DNA from: Tubiluchus corallicola
Taxonomy: Eukaryota; Animalia; Priapulida
Reading direction: 5' to 3'
Length of the DNA: 64,000 nucleotides
NCBI GenBank assembly: GCA_030141605.1
Contig: JAQGDQ010000149.1
Span: 124,001 to 188,000 of the forward strand
The translations under genes were made by a program, and so were the position numbers. Positions within the stretch are counted from its first letter, which is position 1. Every line of letters starts with the position of its first letter. Below, one piece after another: positions 1 through 11,107 of the stretch. The notes under the pieces are model-generated. The model was not told the DNA's origin, did no database searches, and was given only the letters and a program-made list of their open reading frames with translations.

Positions 1-984
1 AAGATTATGGTGGTGTAAATAATCCTGTTTAGTAAGAGGACCTACCCAAAAAATCAGGTGTTCTGTTGGGCCAGTTCACACTTTAAGGTAATAAACACAT
101 AACAAAATTAAACATGTTCCTTGAATTTTTGTGAAAAAACAAGGACAAGGCTGGAGACGTTTACTTTAAAATGATTTTGCTTTGGTATAAAATAAAAATA
201 TCACAGCATATACCTCCCACATAGGCTTGATACCATCCTTAAATAAGTGAATGTCACAGTGCCCACTGAGATCTGATGGCCTTGTCATGTGACTGTAATA
301 TGCCCAAAACTGTTCTACCTGTAATTAGTATAATACAGTCAAACAGCTGATTTGCTTTACTTGGATATGGTAAATTTTAATTTGCCGTTAATTCGTGCCA
401 GATCTCTGCCATGAAGGGACTTGTCTGCTTGCATAATCAGTTACGTATTTCAATTAACTCAATTTGTTCAATAAACAAGCACTCGAGTACATTTGAGCAA
501 AACAAAAAATAATCACTTACACAAAACAAATATAATCGTAATTGTAGAAACTTTTAAATATTCCTGAATACAAATCTGGCTGCCGGAAACTTAATTAAAA
601 ATAACATTTTTAAAGAAATTTATGGACATGTACCAAAAAAACCTAAAGATTTTAGATTTTAGAACCTGGCTTATATTTTCAAAAACTTGTACATAAGCTA
701 AAACTTTAAGCAATTAATCTATGAATGTCCCTCAGTGTGAAGTTTACAGATTACGTGTAGCAGAATGCGGAGGCACTGTGAAACAGTATGATTTTAACAA
801 GGCATTTAGAAGACTATTGGTAACACCAATAGTACATAGACAGTATGTGTTACACCAGGTTGTAGAAAAAACTGTTTTCAAGTAGGTCAGGTAATTGCAA
901 ATTCGTTCACTAGTTTGAGAACCTGAGAACGTAAGATGACTTTCTGTTTCACTTAGCCATACTTTCTGTTATGTCACATCTTAC

Positions 985-3348
985 CGATATGAAAGTTCCA
1001 AGAGGTTTAATAGCCTGTTCAAAACTTGAAGATGATGTTTGGCGTCCTGGCGACCGCCGTGAAAACCAAAAACTATAAGCAAACTGCAGTGGATGTTCTC
1101 CAGGACCAAGTTTTGGTGGTGCCTGTGCAATTATATGGTAAAACTACATTATTTTTATAGCACTGGTAAAGAAAAAGAAACGTGCAATGCAACAATTTAT
1201 ATATATAACATGTTAACTTGCATTTCAGACACTTTGAGTGTAAAAAAACCTCACAATAAACTCGCGCATGGACCAGCTTCAGCTGGTGCTCCAAACTCCA
1301 GTAGAATTTGCCATAATTTGTTTAAAACTTCATTACATAGGGATTCTGATTTTATTTAAGTATGTTTGCTACATTTTTCTACCAGCTGTTATAGAAAACT
1401 ACTATATGTATGTTGAACACTACTTTATGTGTATACTTCAAGTGGTGAGAATGTACAAGATGCACCACCTGGCTTGTTAAATACATTACAGAAATTAACA
1501 GCTGACTTAATGATGAATGATACATCTGCTGAGTAGCTACGATGTCTACAGAAAGTAGAATCTTACCTTCCAATAAATAGCTTCATATCTCAAAATAACA
1601 AACTAATCCAATGTCTTCTTAACTGTCTCATCATCGATTTATAGACATGACTTGATAAAATCTTGAAATCAGAAATTTTAGTTGTTTTACTAAGGCACTG
1701 AAAGTTTATAAGAAAAGCTAGTTTACATAATATGCATCAGATAGTTCGAGGAAATTATTTTACCTCAGCTGTACTTTTCTGCTTTTCCTTGTCATTTTCA
1801 GATTCATCACTGTCATCATTTTTCAACCTGAAATACATTTAAGTCACAAACAAATTATAAAAGAAGAAAATATAAATTACAAGCACGTTTAAGCACTAAG
1901 AAGGCCAGTATTTCATGAGTTTTTTTTGATTCCATTGATATATTCCATCTAGTATAAAGTGCAGGTAGAGTATGAATGTGCTATATCAGCACAATTTTTA
2001 TGTATAAGTTTTAAGTCAAAGTTACACTTAATAAAGAAGTCTGTAGTTGACCTAAAACGAAAAGAAATAAATAAGGCAGATTATACAGATATAGAGCAGT
2101 CACACTGTTGCTTGTTATTCCTAGACATAGAGCTGTTGCTTGATATTCTTAGACAATCTGGATAATCTAAACTTTGTTTTAAATTTTTCTGCAAAAATTA
2201 TTGCTGTTATCATAGCTTACCACAATTGTAATTTCAAAACAAAGCAAGTAGACTTTTTACTTATAAGGACCTCACTTTTGTCTTTATGGCTGTTGCTTCT
2301 TTGTTATATAGGTTATTTGCAGATTCAGTTTTCAATTATTGACATTTCATAATTAGCTTCCATGTTAAAAGTGATAAAGTTCTTGTTTGTAATGCCTACT
2401 AATATTTGAATAGATATGGTAGTTACACCATTAAAGTTAATCGATAGGTATTAGAGCAATATCACATCACTTATCATCAATGATAACCCTCAATGAGAAG
2501 TGAGCACTTAGCCAGAATTCTTAAGAATGTGAATGCTTAGTCATACTACCTCAACAGGACAAATAGCCGGAAACAGTATAGCAAATGAACCTGGCCAGAA
2601 ACAGTTTTCCTGGTGGTCACTCACTGCCATAGTATTTATTGAATTCACAATATCTTTAAGTCTTTTAAGTAAGTGAAAATCCTGGATATTAAAAATGCTT
2701 TTGGCAAGGCAAGCATCTTCCTCTCAGAATTTCCCGAGTGATTACTGCCAGCATAAATATGTAGTAATTAACACTGGCATTGCAAAGCCTACATTTATAT
2801 GTAGGTTTTTTTGCCCATGGCTTTCTCTCTCCTTATGGCTCTGTTTATGATTTTCTCGAGTCTTTATCTGTTTTCTCTCTATTTATCTGTATTATTATCG
2901 TTTGCAAGTAGGTATGCAATTTCCCATCTTCTTTAAGTATTCCCCTCTAATAATTTTGGTATTTTACTGCTGTTTTGGCACCATGTTGTTATCATAAAAA
3001 TACTCATTAATAATTGTAAACCAAACAATAATTAATAATTATTTATAAACAGTGTTATTTTTTGAAAACTTCACAACTGATCATAACTCTGTCTTCTCAC
3101 TACCCTGTCTCGTTAGGTTATTATTCTGTTAAATGTTTTACTTTACTGTCATTGCTGTGATCATTTTTTGTACCCTGCTTTTGAAATTTTAATGAGAAAA
3201 ATAAAACTCGATTTGATTCGTTTCCATATTTCACTTTCAGTAATGGTAAAGAATTTTAGTTTTAATTCTATTGAATTTCAACCATTTAAAGTTGCTAAAT
3301 ATCTTAATTGGAATTCACATACGCGTCAAATTTGTTGCTATTCATCAT
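985..3348 (-). CDS. EIF4E2: Eukaryotic translation initiation factor 4E class II (4EHP), 5' part; continues beyond the left edge of the window
   Basis: Exons complement(3323..3348, 1764..1827, 985..1122) with GT-AG junctions and matching phases give MMNSNKFDALKNDDSDESENDKEKQKSTAEAPPKLGPGEHPLQFAYSFWFSRRSPGRQTSSSSFEQAIKPLGTFIS. This matches the 4EHP N-terminus (MNNKFDALKDDDS...EHPLQYNYTFWYSRRTPGRPTSSQSYEQNIKQIGTFAS), with Y/F at the W43/W56-equivalent positions typical of class II eIF4E. Confidence 0.95.
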
Positions 3349-5110
3349 AGAACGTAAACCAACAAAACATATATAAAAAATTAAAAACAAATGTAATTAT
3401 TTTTGACGAACATATTAACTTTCTGCAGTAACTGCAAGCAAATAGGAAAGATCTTTGAATGTGCTTATTTTATGTAAGCACAACTGCGTCTGGTTTCTAT
3501 TTAAATGCAGTTTCTTTAGGATAGCTGCTGATATTTGTTATTGCACTATTTTATTGAACTTAATTACATCATTAAGTTTTTCAACTTTAGATCAGACGCC
3601 AGTCAAGTCATGTTATTAGAATTTGTTGCTTAACTTTTGTGAACTAATAATCCATTATTATTTATATGTTTTATTCCGGTAACTGACTTTCAAACTACAC
3701 GTGTGTGCACTGTGCTTCATCATTCAACCAATTATTTTCTTCATTCCATTTGAATACACAATCTATACATTAGTTACAGAAAAATATTATACGAAAACAA
3801 GATTACACACAGATATTATTATTGTGTTAGCTATATTTTATTGTAGATAGGTAAATACACTGTACACATGCCGTAATTAAATATTTTAAGTTATAATTAC
3901 ATCTGGTACCTGCATATTGTAGTTTAATGTACACTATTATTTAAACAGTACAAAAATTTTGAAGTTTGTGACATCTTCATATTTGTAAATTCTTTAAAAA
4001 GTTTAACCTTCTAGTATCTATGAAAATGCACCAAATTCAATGCTTTAATATTTTCTAAACTTCAACATTTTTCTGTATCCTTTATTCCAACTGACGTTAA
4101 ACAACATTCCATAAGAAGCATCATCTTTTAAACCACCAATTTCATAACCATAGTGGTAGACAATATGAATTTATTAAATTTTTTGTCACCATCTCATTGC
4201 AGTGATATGTACGCTTGATAAAATATTGTTAATGGTCATTCCTAGGTCAAATGCTTAGTGCATTCTTAAAACCTTATGTTTCGTAGGACACAATTGTTTT
4301 TTAGAGTAAACACTGGAAATATTACGGTTTACGAAAAAAACGTGAAAAAAATGTTAATAAAAAATCAGCTAAACTTTAACTACAATTATATCAACAGGCC
4401 CAGCAGAAGTCATTATCGGGTCTTCAATCTTCGTAATAACCTCCACTAGAGGTGTCAAAGACTGATAATGTTCAGTTCTTCTGCCTTCGGTTTACTTTAA
4501 CTTTCTTTAGCTATAATATTTCAAATGGAATTAGACTGGCGTGTGAAACATGGTAAACCATTTAAGGCATGGAATGGTCATTGGCCAGCCCAATTTAAGT
4601 CATAATTAAGTTAGCAGCCAACCAAATGAAATTAATACTGCTGGATAAAAGAATCGTCATATAACACAAAAAATTGGCAGAAATGGACAGTATTTTACAT
4701 AATTCATATAGTTCATTGTTTGCTCCCCAAGGCATAAAAACAAATAACTTCATTCGTATTAGGTGCTTCAGAGATGAAATCACATTTTCATACTGCAATT
4801 ATTAAAGAGAAAAAAATCTACAAAGGAACCCCATCCTTCTTGACCGAGAACTTAAATTCAGTAAACAATTTTAACTACACTTATTAAACAAGAGTTGAAG
4901 GTTCTCAGTATCTGAAGAAGCCTGCTAAATGAAAAGCCCAGATCATAAAAAGCAGTAAGAAGCATTTACAAAGCTAGTTGATTTCAAACACTTAATGAAA
5001 TTATTTTTAAATATATGTTGCCTTACATGAATACATATGTTTGATGACAGTATGTTACTTTGTTTTTATACATATATTTTATGCATAAACAATCTTTGCA
5101 ATCCCAGGTT

Positions 5111-8100
5111 TCATCTTGCTGCAATGGGTGACATGCTTCCTTCCACTCGCTCTAGCTTTTCAAAATGCTTACGAGCATTTCGGATGTTAATGAGAGTAGC
5201 AGCTGAAGCTATAAAAAATCAGCATACTAATCAGAAAAGAAATTACTAATGATTGTATAAAAACCATGTATTAAACATATGCAAAAGATAAACTAGTCCA
5301 CAAATTTTCATTTTATAACCTACATAAAAATATAATATATTTGTAAGGTAAATGATATTTTTTGATCTATAGTGCAAACACAGGACCTTTCTAGTATAAT
5401 GACAACATTTTGGCATTTAGTGATACCAGTATTAGTGATATAGTACTGTGAAAGTTAAAAGTATAAATGTTCACCAAACAGAAGAGCTCTTTTAAGGCCT
5501 GTAAGAAACAAAGAAAGCCACAACAAAATGGTGGAAATGTAAGAGTATTAACATTTAACTTGGAAATAAGATAGTGCTTTTCTGAGATTTGCCATGGTAA
5601 TAATCGTAAAACAACATGAAATACCCATAAATCTCAAAAAATTCTTTATTTTTTTTCTCCTCAGAACCTTTAGTCCTCTCGAGCCTCATCAGCTGCACAA
5701 AAAACATACAATAATAAAATTACAGATGAAACTACATATGTCAGTAAAATAAAAGGTACAAAAACATGAAGAGGTTGAGTTAAACACTAAATTAAAAGAA
5801 AAAGTAAAATTATTAATTAAGAAAACAAAATGAAATCTGACATCAATTAGATATAGCTAAGATCTTAAAAGATAACCAAAGATTTGCCTATTAACTTTAT
5901 AAACATTTAGAGTAAGAAATTACTTGCGGTGTACGGCCAGAATTAGGTGATTATAGATAACAGTTTGTGGTGTGTTAAAAGCTAGAGCTATACTACCAAG
6001 ACTCTTAATGAAAACAAGTGTCTGCGTTGCATTTAGTTGAACAAATCTTGAATCAAATTTATGTGAGAAATAATTACAAAACTCATTAATACGTAATAAA
6101 ATATGTTAAAATACAAAACCATAAAAATATAAAAAATGGCAAAAGGCAAAAAATATTATTAAAAAAAAGAAATAAAAAAATTAGGACAAGAAAAATTATA
6201 TGGATTAAAACCAATGAAATTCCGAGGTCTAATTAAATTAATTTAATTAAATTCATGATTTAATTAAAAATTTGCCAGCCCTATAATTTTTCTTTTTTTC
6301 TTTTCATAAAATTTTTTAATTTATTTTTTTAATCATATTTTTGGCTTTGCCCTTTTTTATATTTTCATGGTTTTGTAATGTAGCTTATTTTATTACATAT
6401 TAATAAGTTTTATAATTATTTCTCGCATCAATTTGATTCAACATTTGTTCAACTAATGCAAGCAATGCAGACACTTGTTTTCATTAGGAATCTTGGTAGT
6501 ATAAATTTAGCTTTTAACAGACCACAAACTGTTTAGTTACCTGCTTCTGACTGTACTCTTACGCTTACACTAAGTAGTTACTTACTCTAAATGTTTATAA
6601 AAGCCAATAGGCAAATCTTTGGTTATCTTTCAAGATCTTAGGTATATCTAATTCATATCAGGTATGTTCGTCAGTTTAATTTCATTTTGTTGTCTTAATT
6701 GGTAATTTTACTTTTTCTTTTAATTTAGTTTTTAACTCAACCTCTTCATGTTTTTTGTACCTTTTATTTTACTGACATAAGTAGTTTCATCCATATTTTT
6801 ATTATTGTATCTTTTTTGTGCAGCTGATAAGGTCAGAGAGGACGAAAGCCTCTAAAGACAAAAAAAATAAAGATTTTTTTGAGATTTATGGGCATTTCAT
6901 GTTGTTTTATGATTATTAACATTATTAAAATTCTGCATATAGTCATACAAAACCAAGTCTCAACAGGCATACTACGATAGAAAATAATTAATATTTTAAT
7001 ATTTGTTTAACAAATGTTCCTTATCCCTTTTGAGATAGACATCACTTTTTTTTAAAAATGTTAATTATTTTAGTACGAGTTAAGGATGAAGACATAGAAA
7101 ATATAAATCATACAAATGGAAAACATAGGTAAAAATTAACTTACGAATACTGGGATCCGACATAATAACCATGACATATGTATTAGATGTAAACATTTCT
7201 ATGAAAGCAGCAAACCGGGAATTTCTAACTTCCATACTTTGGAATGACTGGGCAAGTTTGCTGTAATATGGATAAAAAATATGTTATTTATAAAAGTCAA
7301 CTAACACCTTACAAATTAGTGATCTTACCTATGATATTTTGTCTTACAAGATGCAGATAACAAGTTAGTCAAGTTAAAATAATTAAATACAAAGTTAAAT
7401 GTCTTACCTGCAACTGAGTTTAAACTGTTTTATTATGTTACTAACTTTCTCAAAACGGTGCATGTCCCGATGAGGTTTACATTGACAGTGAGATATAACC
7501 TGCGATCAAATCAAACCAGTATTACTTAATGATTTTCAAAAAAAGACAAATATTTTGTTGGTTTGATAAGTAATGTAATGAACACTCACCAAAAATGTTG
7601 CCTTTTCAAAAAGAAGAACCTCGTCAGCATCAATCACATTAGCAAATTTTTGCAGATTTTCCTCGAGTTGTTGGACATTTGGTATTAAAGAATAGACAAT
7701 TGATGACCAGGCCTAAAACATTAAAATTAACAGTCAATGACTTGAACAGCTAGTCTGAACAATGACCGAGTGGTCTAAGGCACTGACAAAACTTTCAGAT
7801 TTTGGGAGTACTTGCCAAAAGTATGATGACTTTGGGTTTGATCAAGGTAAGCTTTAAAAAGTCCCTAATGTCACTTAAAAATGGAACTGAAAATTCAGAA
7901 ATACTGAATATTTGCTCAAAGCAACCCTACTACAAATCATAAAATTAATACATGCTATAAATGTTTGCAGTAATGCAGTGTTTGCAGACCTTATGCAGTA
8001 ATTTCTACGTGCACATATTACACTAACTATACTTATGCTTACGCTCGGAATGGTGTCGCAAAAATATCACTTTGCAAACAATGCTTTGACTCTCAACTCA

Positions 8101-10850
8101 CAAAAATTTAACTTGCACTTTTTCCAGTTTATAACAATGACATCAAACATTTTTAAAAGAAACTCAAATTTACTACTAATAAACTAACTACCTTTTACAC
8201 AGAAACAAACCTTGTATAATGTTTCATCCCATATGGATGTTTTAAAGCATGTACAATCCAGCGGCTTTGATAGCCTTTTTAAATCATCTTCTCTATCTGC
8301 AAATATCTGCAATACAAGTAATAAATACAAATTTAAAATGCGTATATTAGGTGGGTAAATCTAGTAAATGGTTACAATAGAAACAATCTCAAATTAATTT
8401 ACGGCGCATGAATTACTTTTCAGTTTTCAATTTAAGAAAATAAAAACAATACTGTAATTGGGCAAACTAAGTTTTCCCACACATGCTCTATGTTTTACTG
8501 CACTACACAATATTCAAACAAGCTCATTCACATTTTTAAGTTATGTCTGCTAGTAAGTAATCTAATAATAGTGCTTAAAATGCTTGCTCGCTTATTTCTT
8601 TCTTAAATTTCCCTAGCAAAACTAGCAAAGTTAATTAAATAGAACACACAGCATCTCTCTGGTCCTCTTGTACTAAGTCCATCTTGTGGATAAGACAAAA
8701 TACTTTAGCATCTGGAGAATTCTGGAGTATGGCTTCCAAACATGACTGATAATAATGCATATCTCTTTCTAGTTCTCGACTTTCTACATCAAAAACGTAG
8801 ATCAGTACTGCGACATTTCGAAATATGTTATCTCGCTGGCTAGCAAAGTAATTCTCCATAAATGCTTCTTGCCTGAAACATCACAAATACCAGATGCAAT
8901 AGTTTGTTCTGATGATAAATTCATAAAAATAAAAGAACTTGAACCCCAATCCTTAATAACTTGAAGGGCAAAAGAAATGATTCCTACCCTACTGGATAGC
9001 AAAATAAGTAATGCGTATAAAGTTGCAGTCACAAATGCAAACAATGTACATTTTAGAGTGGCAAATACTCCACCTAATTTTGGTATAAATTCCCACTATA
9101 AAGTTTTTCAGAGATCTCAAGTCCTTAAGATGTGAACCCTGAAAGAGCTGCTTCTAAAGCTTAAAGTTATAATAAGCTGTGACCAGCACTCAGCTGGGAA
9201 TGCATAAAGCACATAACTGGTAAACACACTGATGAACCGACACCTGCACAAACCTAAATAAATTAAAAGTTTTTGTTCATAATTATAAATATCTCAATGC
9301 AATGTAGATATTTTGTAACTACACAATACAAAATGATTATAAGTTTTCTGTATTCATCTATAAACTATATTTCACAGCTTCAGAGATGCTAGTAATGTTT
9401 ACCTCCATTTTCTAGTTATAAATGTAATAGCAGAAAGCAGAATATTTAAATTATTATTTACTTAAGTAACTTACTTACTACTTACCCACCACAGTCCCAA
9501 AGGTTTAGAACAAGGTTCCCAAGAAAACGAACATGGGCGTGTTCAACGTCAACTAAAACACAAAATTAAGTACACAAAAAATTAGAACTGAAACGAAAAA
9601 TACAGGTATCAAAATAAATTCATGCCCTATATGTATATAAACTCTAACATTATAATTTACTAAAAATACTTTGAGTTTAGGAAAACTTTAAAAACAATTA
9701 AAGTCCCTTTTCTTATATGTCTTTCTATCCAATCTCTCTTGTGCAATCTTTCTAAATAATGCACTTTAAAGACATGAGCAAATAATTCATATTCAGACGT
9801 CAACAAATAATATATTCAAGTTTATATCTACAATGTGAATTTATCCGTTCCACTTATGCTGTCTTGATGTAATAATGACAACATATAATGCCTATAATAG
9901 TGCTTACACTACATATAATAGAAACTAAATTAGCTAGTTTCTGAAAGTAAAACAAATATAGCAATGTCACTGCAAGCAGAGTGCAATATATACGTGTAAA
10001 GTTCTATGTTTATGCTAGACCAAAAATATGTAGTTACAAAATATATAAATAGCCTAAAAATATATATATTCTAATAAATGTGAGTCTGATGTATAATTTC
10101 GGGGTATTGGATATATATATGGGTGTATATATAACTGACAGGGCTTACAACTCTGACAACGGCATCATTTTTGGCGATCTGCATACCAGATGTAAGGTCT
10201 TGATCTAGTGTACTTAACATTGTCTTGATTTGTTTATGCACCAAGTACTTCTTCAATCTGTCTCAATAATAACTGGTCTCTCACTGATTAGAAATTAGAT
10301 GAATTACATGAGATTGTGTTTACAAACAAATTTTAAACACAAGTAAACTTGATAAGTTAAATAGTAATTTTCATTACTTGTAGCACCGAGCCTTCTAGTG
10401 TCTCTAGCAATATAATTAGCAAAGATGATTGACCGCATACTGGTTTTACCAGCACCACTCTTTCCCATCAGTAAAACCTAAATAAAAACAAATTATGGTC
10501 ATGACTAAGAAATTTTTGGATTCAGGAAGGCGTTCTCGCTCTCAATATTATGTAAAAACCGTAATAATTAAGGCAAACGTCTATAACTCTTACTATTACT
10601 AGTATTAGTATTAATATACATGTAGTAGTATAAACTACAAGTCTGGAATACTATGAGACAATAACGGATCCTTGGATTTCAAATGATAAACTATTCAACG
10701 GTATGATACAAACTCAATTGTATTGCAATAATAGTAAGCAGTGGATTTTAACAAAGTTATTATTATCAGAAAATACTTTAGAACAAACTGTTAGAAATTA
10801 CAGCAAAGCTGTCGTAAAAAGTAGCTCACTTTTTTCTTGATCTTGTACAT
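5111..10850 (-). CDS. RRAGA: Ras-related GTP-binding protein RagA/B (Gtr1 family), complete, 9 coding exons, ~311 aa
   Basis: Exons complement(10830..10850, 10378..10477, 9486..9552, 8650..8872, 8211..8306, 7590..7712, 7408..7499, 7145..7260, 5111..5208), all GT-AG and in phase. Translation [72 protein letters not shown]...HKMD...TSIWDE...[29 protein letters not shown] is near-identical to RagA/B. Confidence 0.97.
5598..6918. mobile_element. Foldback/MITE-like element: ~600-bp imperfect inverted arms with a ~75-bp AT-rich spacer, in the last RagA intron
   Basis: 5598..~6203 is the reverse complement of ~6279..6918, e.g. TAATAATCGTAAAACAACATGAAATACCCATAAATCTCAAAA vs TTTTGAGATTTATGGGCATTTCATGTTGTTTTATGATTATTA. 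Both ends are bounded by TA. Confidence 0.85.
7762..7845 (+). mobile_element. Degenerate tRNA-derived SINE head
   Basis: A-box-like GACCGAGTGGTCTAAGGCACTGAC (Leu/Ser-tRNA-like) and downstream B-box-like GGGTTTGATC; no full cloverleaf. Confidence 0.4.
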
Positions 10851-11107
10851 AATAATTAATTAATTTGCTTCAAATTTTACCAAACATAAAAACAAACGAC
10901 TCAACATTCACAGGTTACTGCTGTACACAGTGTGCTCTGGTTCACGTGATCATTTTCCGAAAGGTAGCACTGCGATCGATCCTTTTGCGGAAAAGGAAGT
11001 GAATAACCGGCGTTTTAGCTAAGCGGTGAGCACACGGCGAAGTGAGGTTCAGCTTTGCTAAAATTGACGTTTAGTGACTTGTGAGCAGTTAACTCGGATA
11101 AAAAGTA
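10851..11107. promoter_or_regulatory. Bidirectional promoter shared by RagA/B and the SDR gene
   Basis: Divergent ATGs only 257 bp apart (10850 minus, 11108 plus). Locally CpG-richer, with palindromic E-box TCACGTGA (10942..10949) and ETS-like cores (TTCCG, CGGAA, GGAAGTG). Confidence 0.7.

Noticed and set aside
1220-1345. C/D snoRNA candidate in eIF4E2 intron 2 (terminal CTGA, small hairpin)
   Set aside because: No proper RUGAUGA C box or terminal stem at a suitable distance.
2543-2552. let-7-like sequence TGAGGTAGTA on the minus strand
   Set aside because: Only 10 nt match, the 3' half diverges and there is no precursor hairpin.
4403-4484. SECIS or iron-responsive element in the RagA 3' region
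   Set aside because: The UGA/GA quartet register does not fit a SECIS and RagA has no internal UGA; the loop UAGUG is 5 nt, not CAGUGH.
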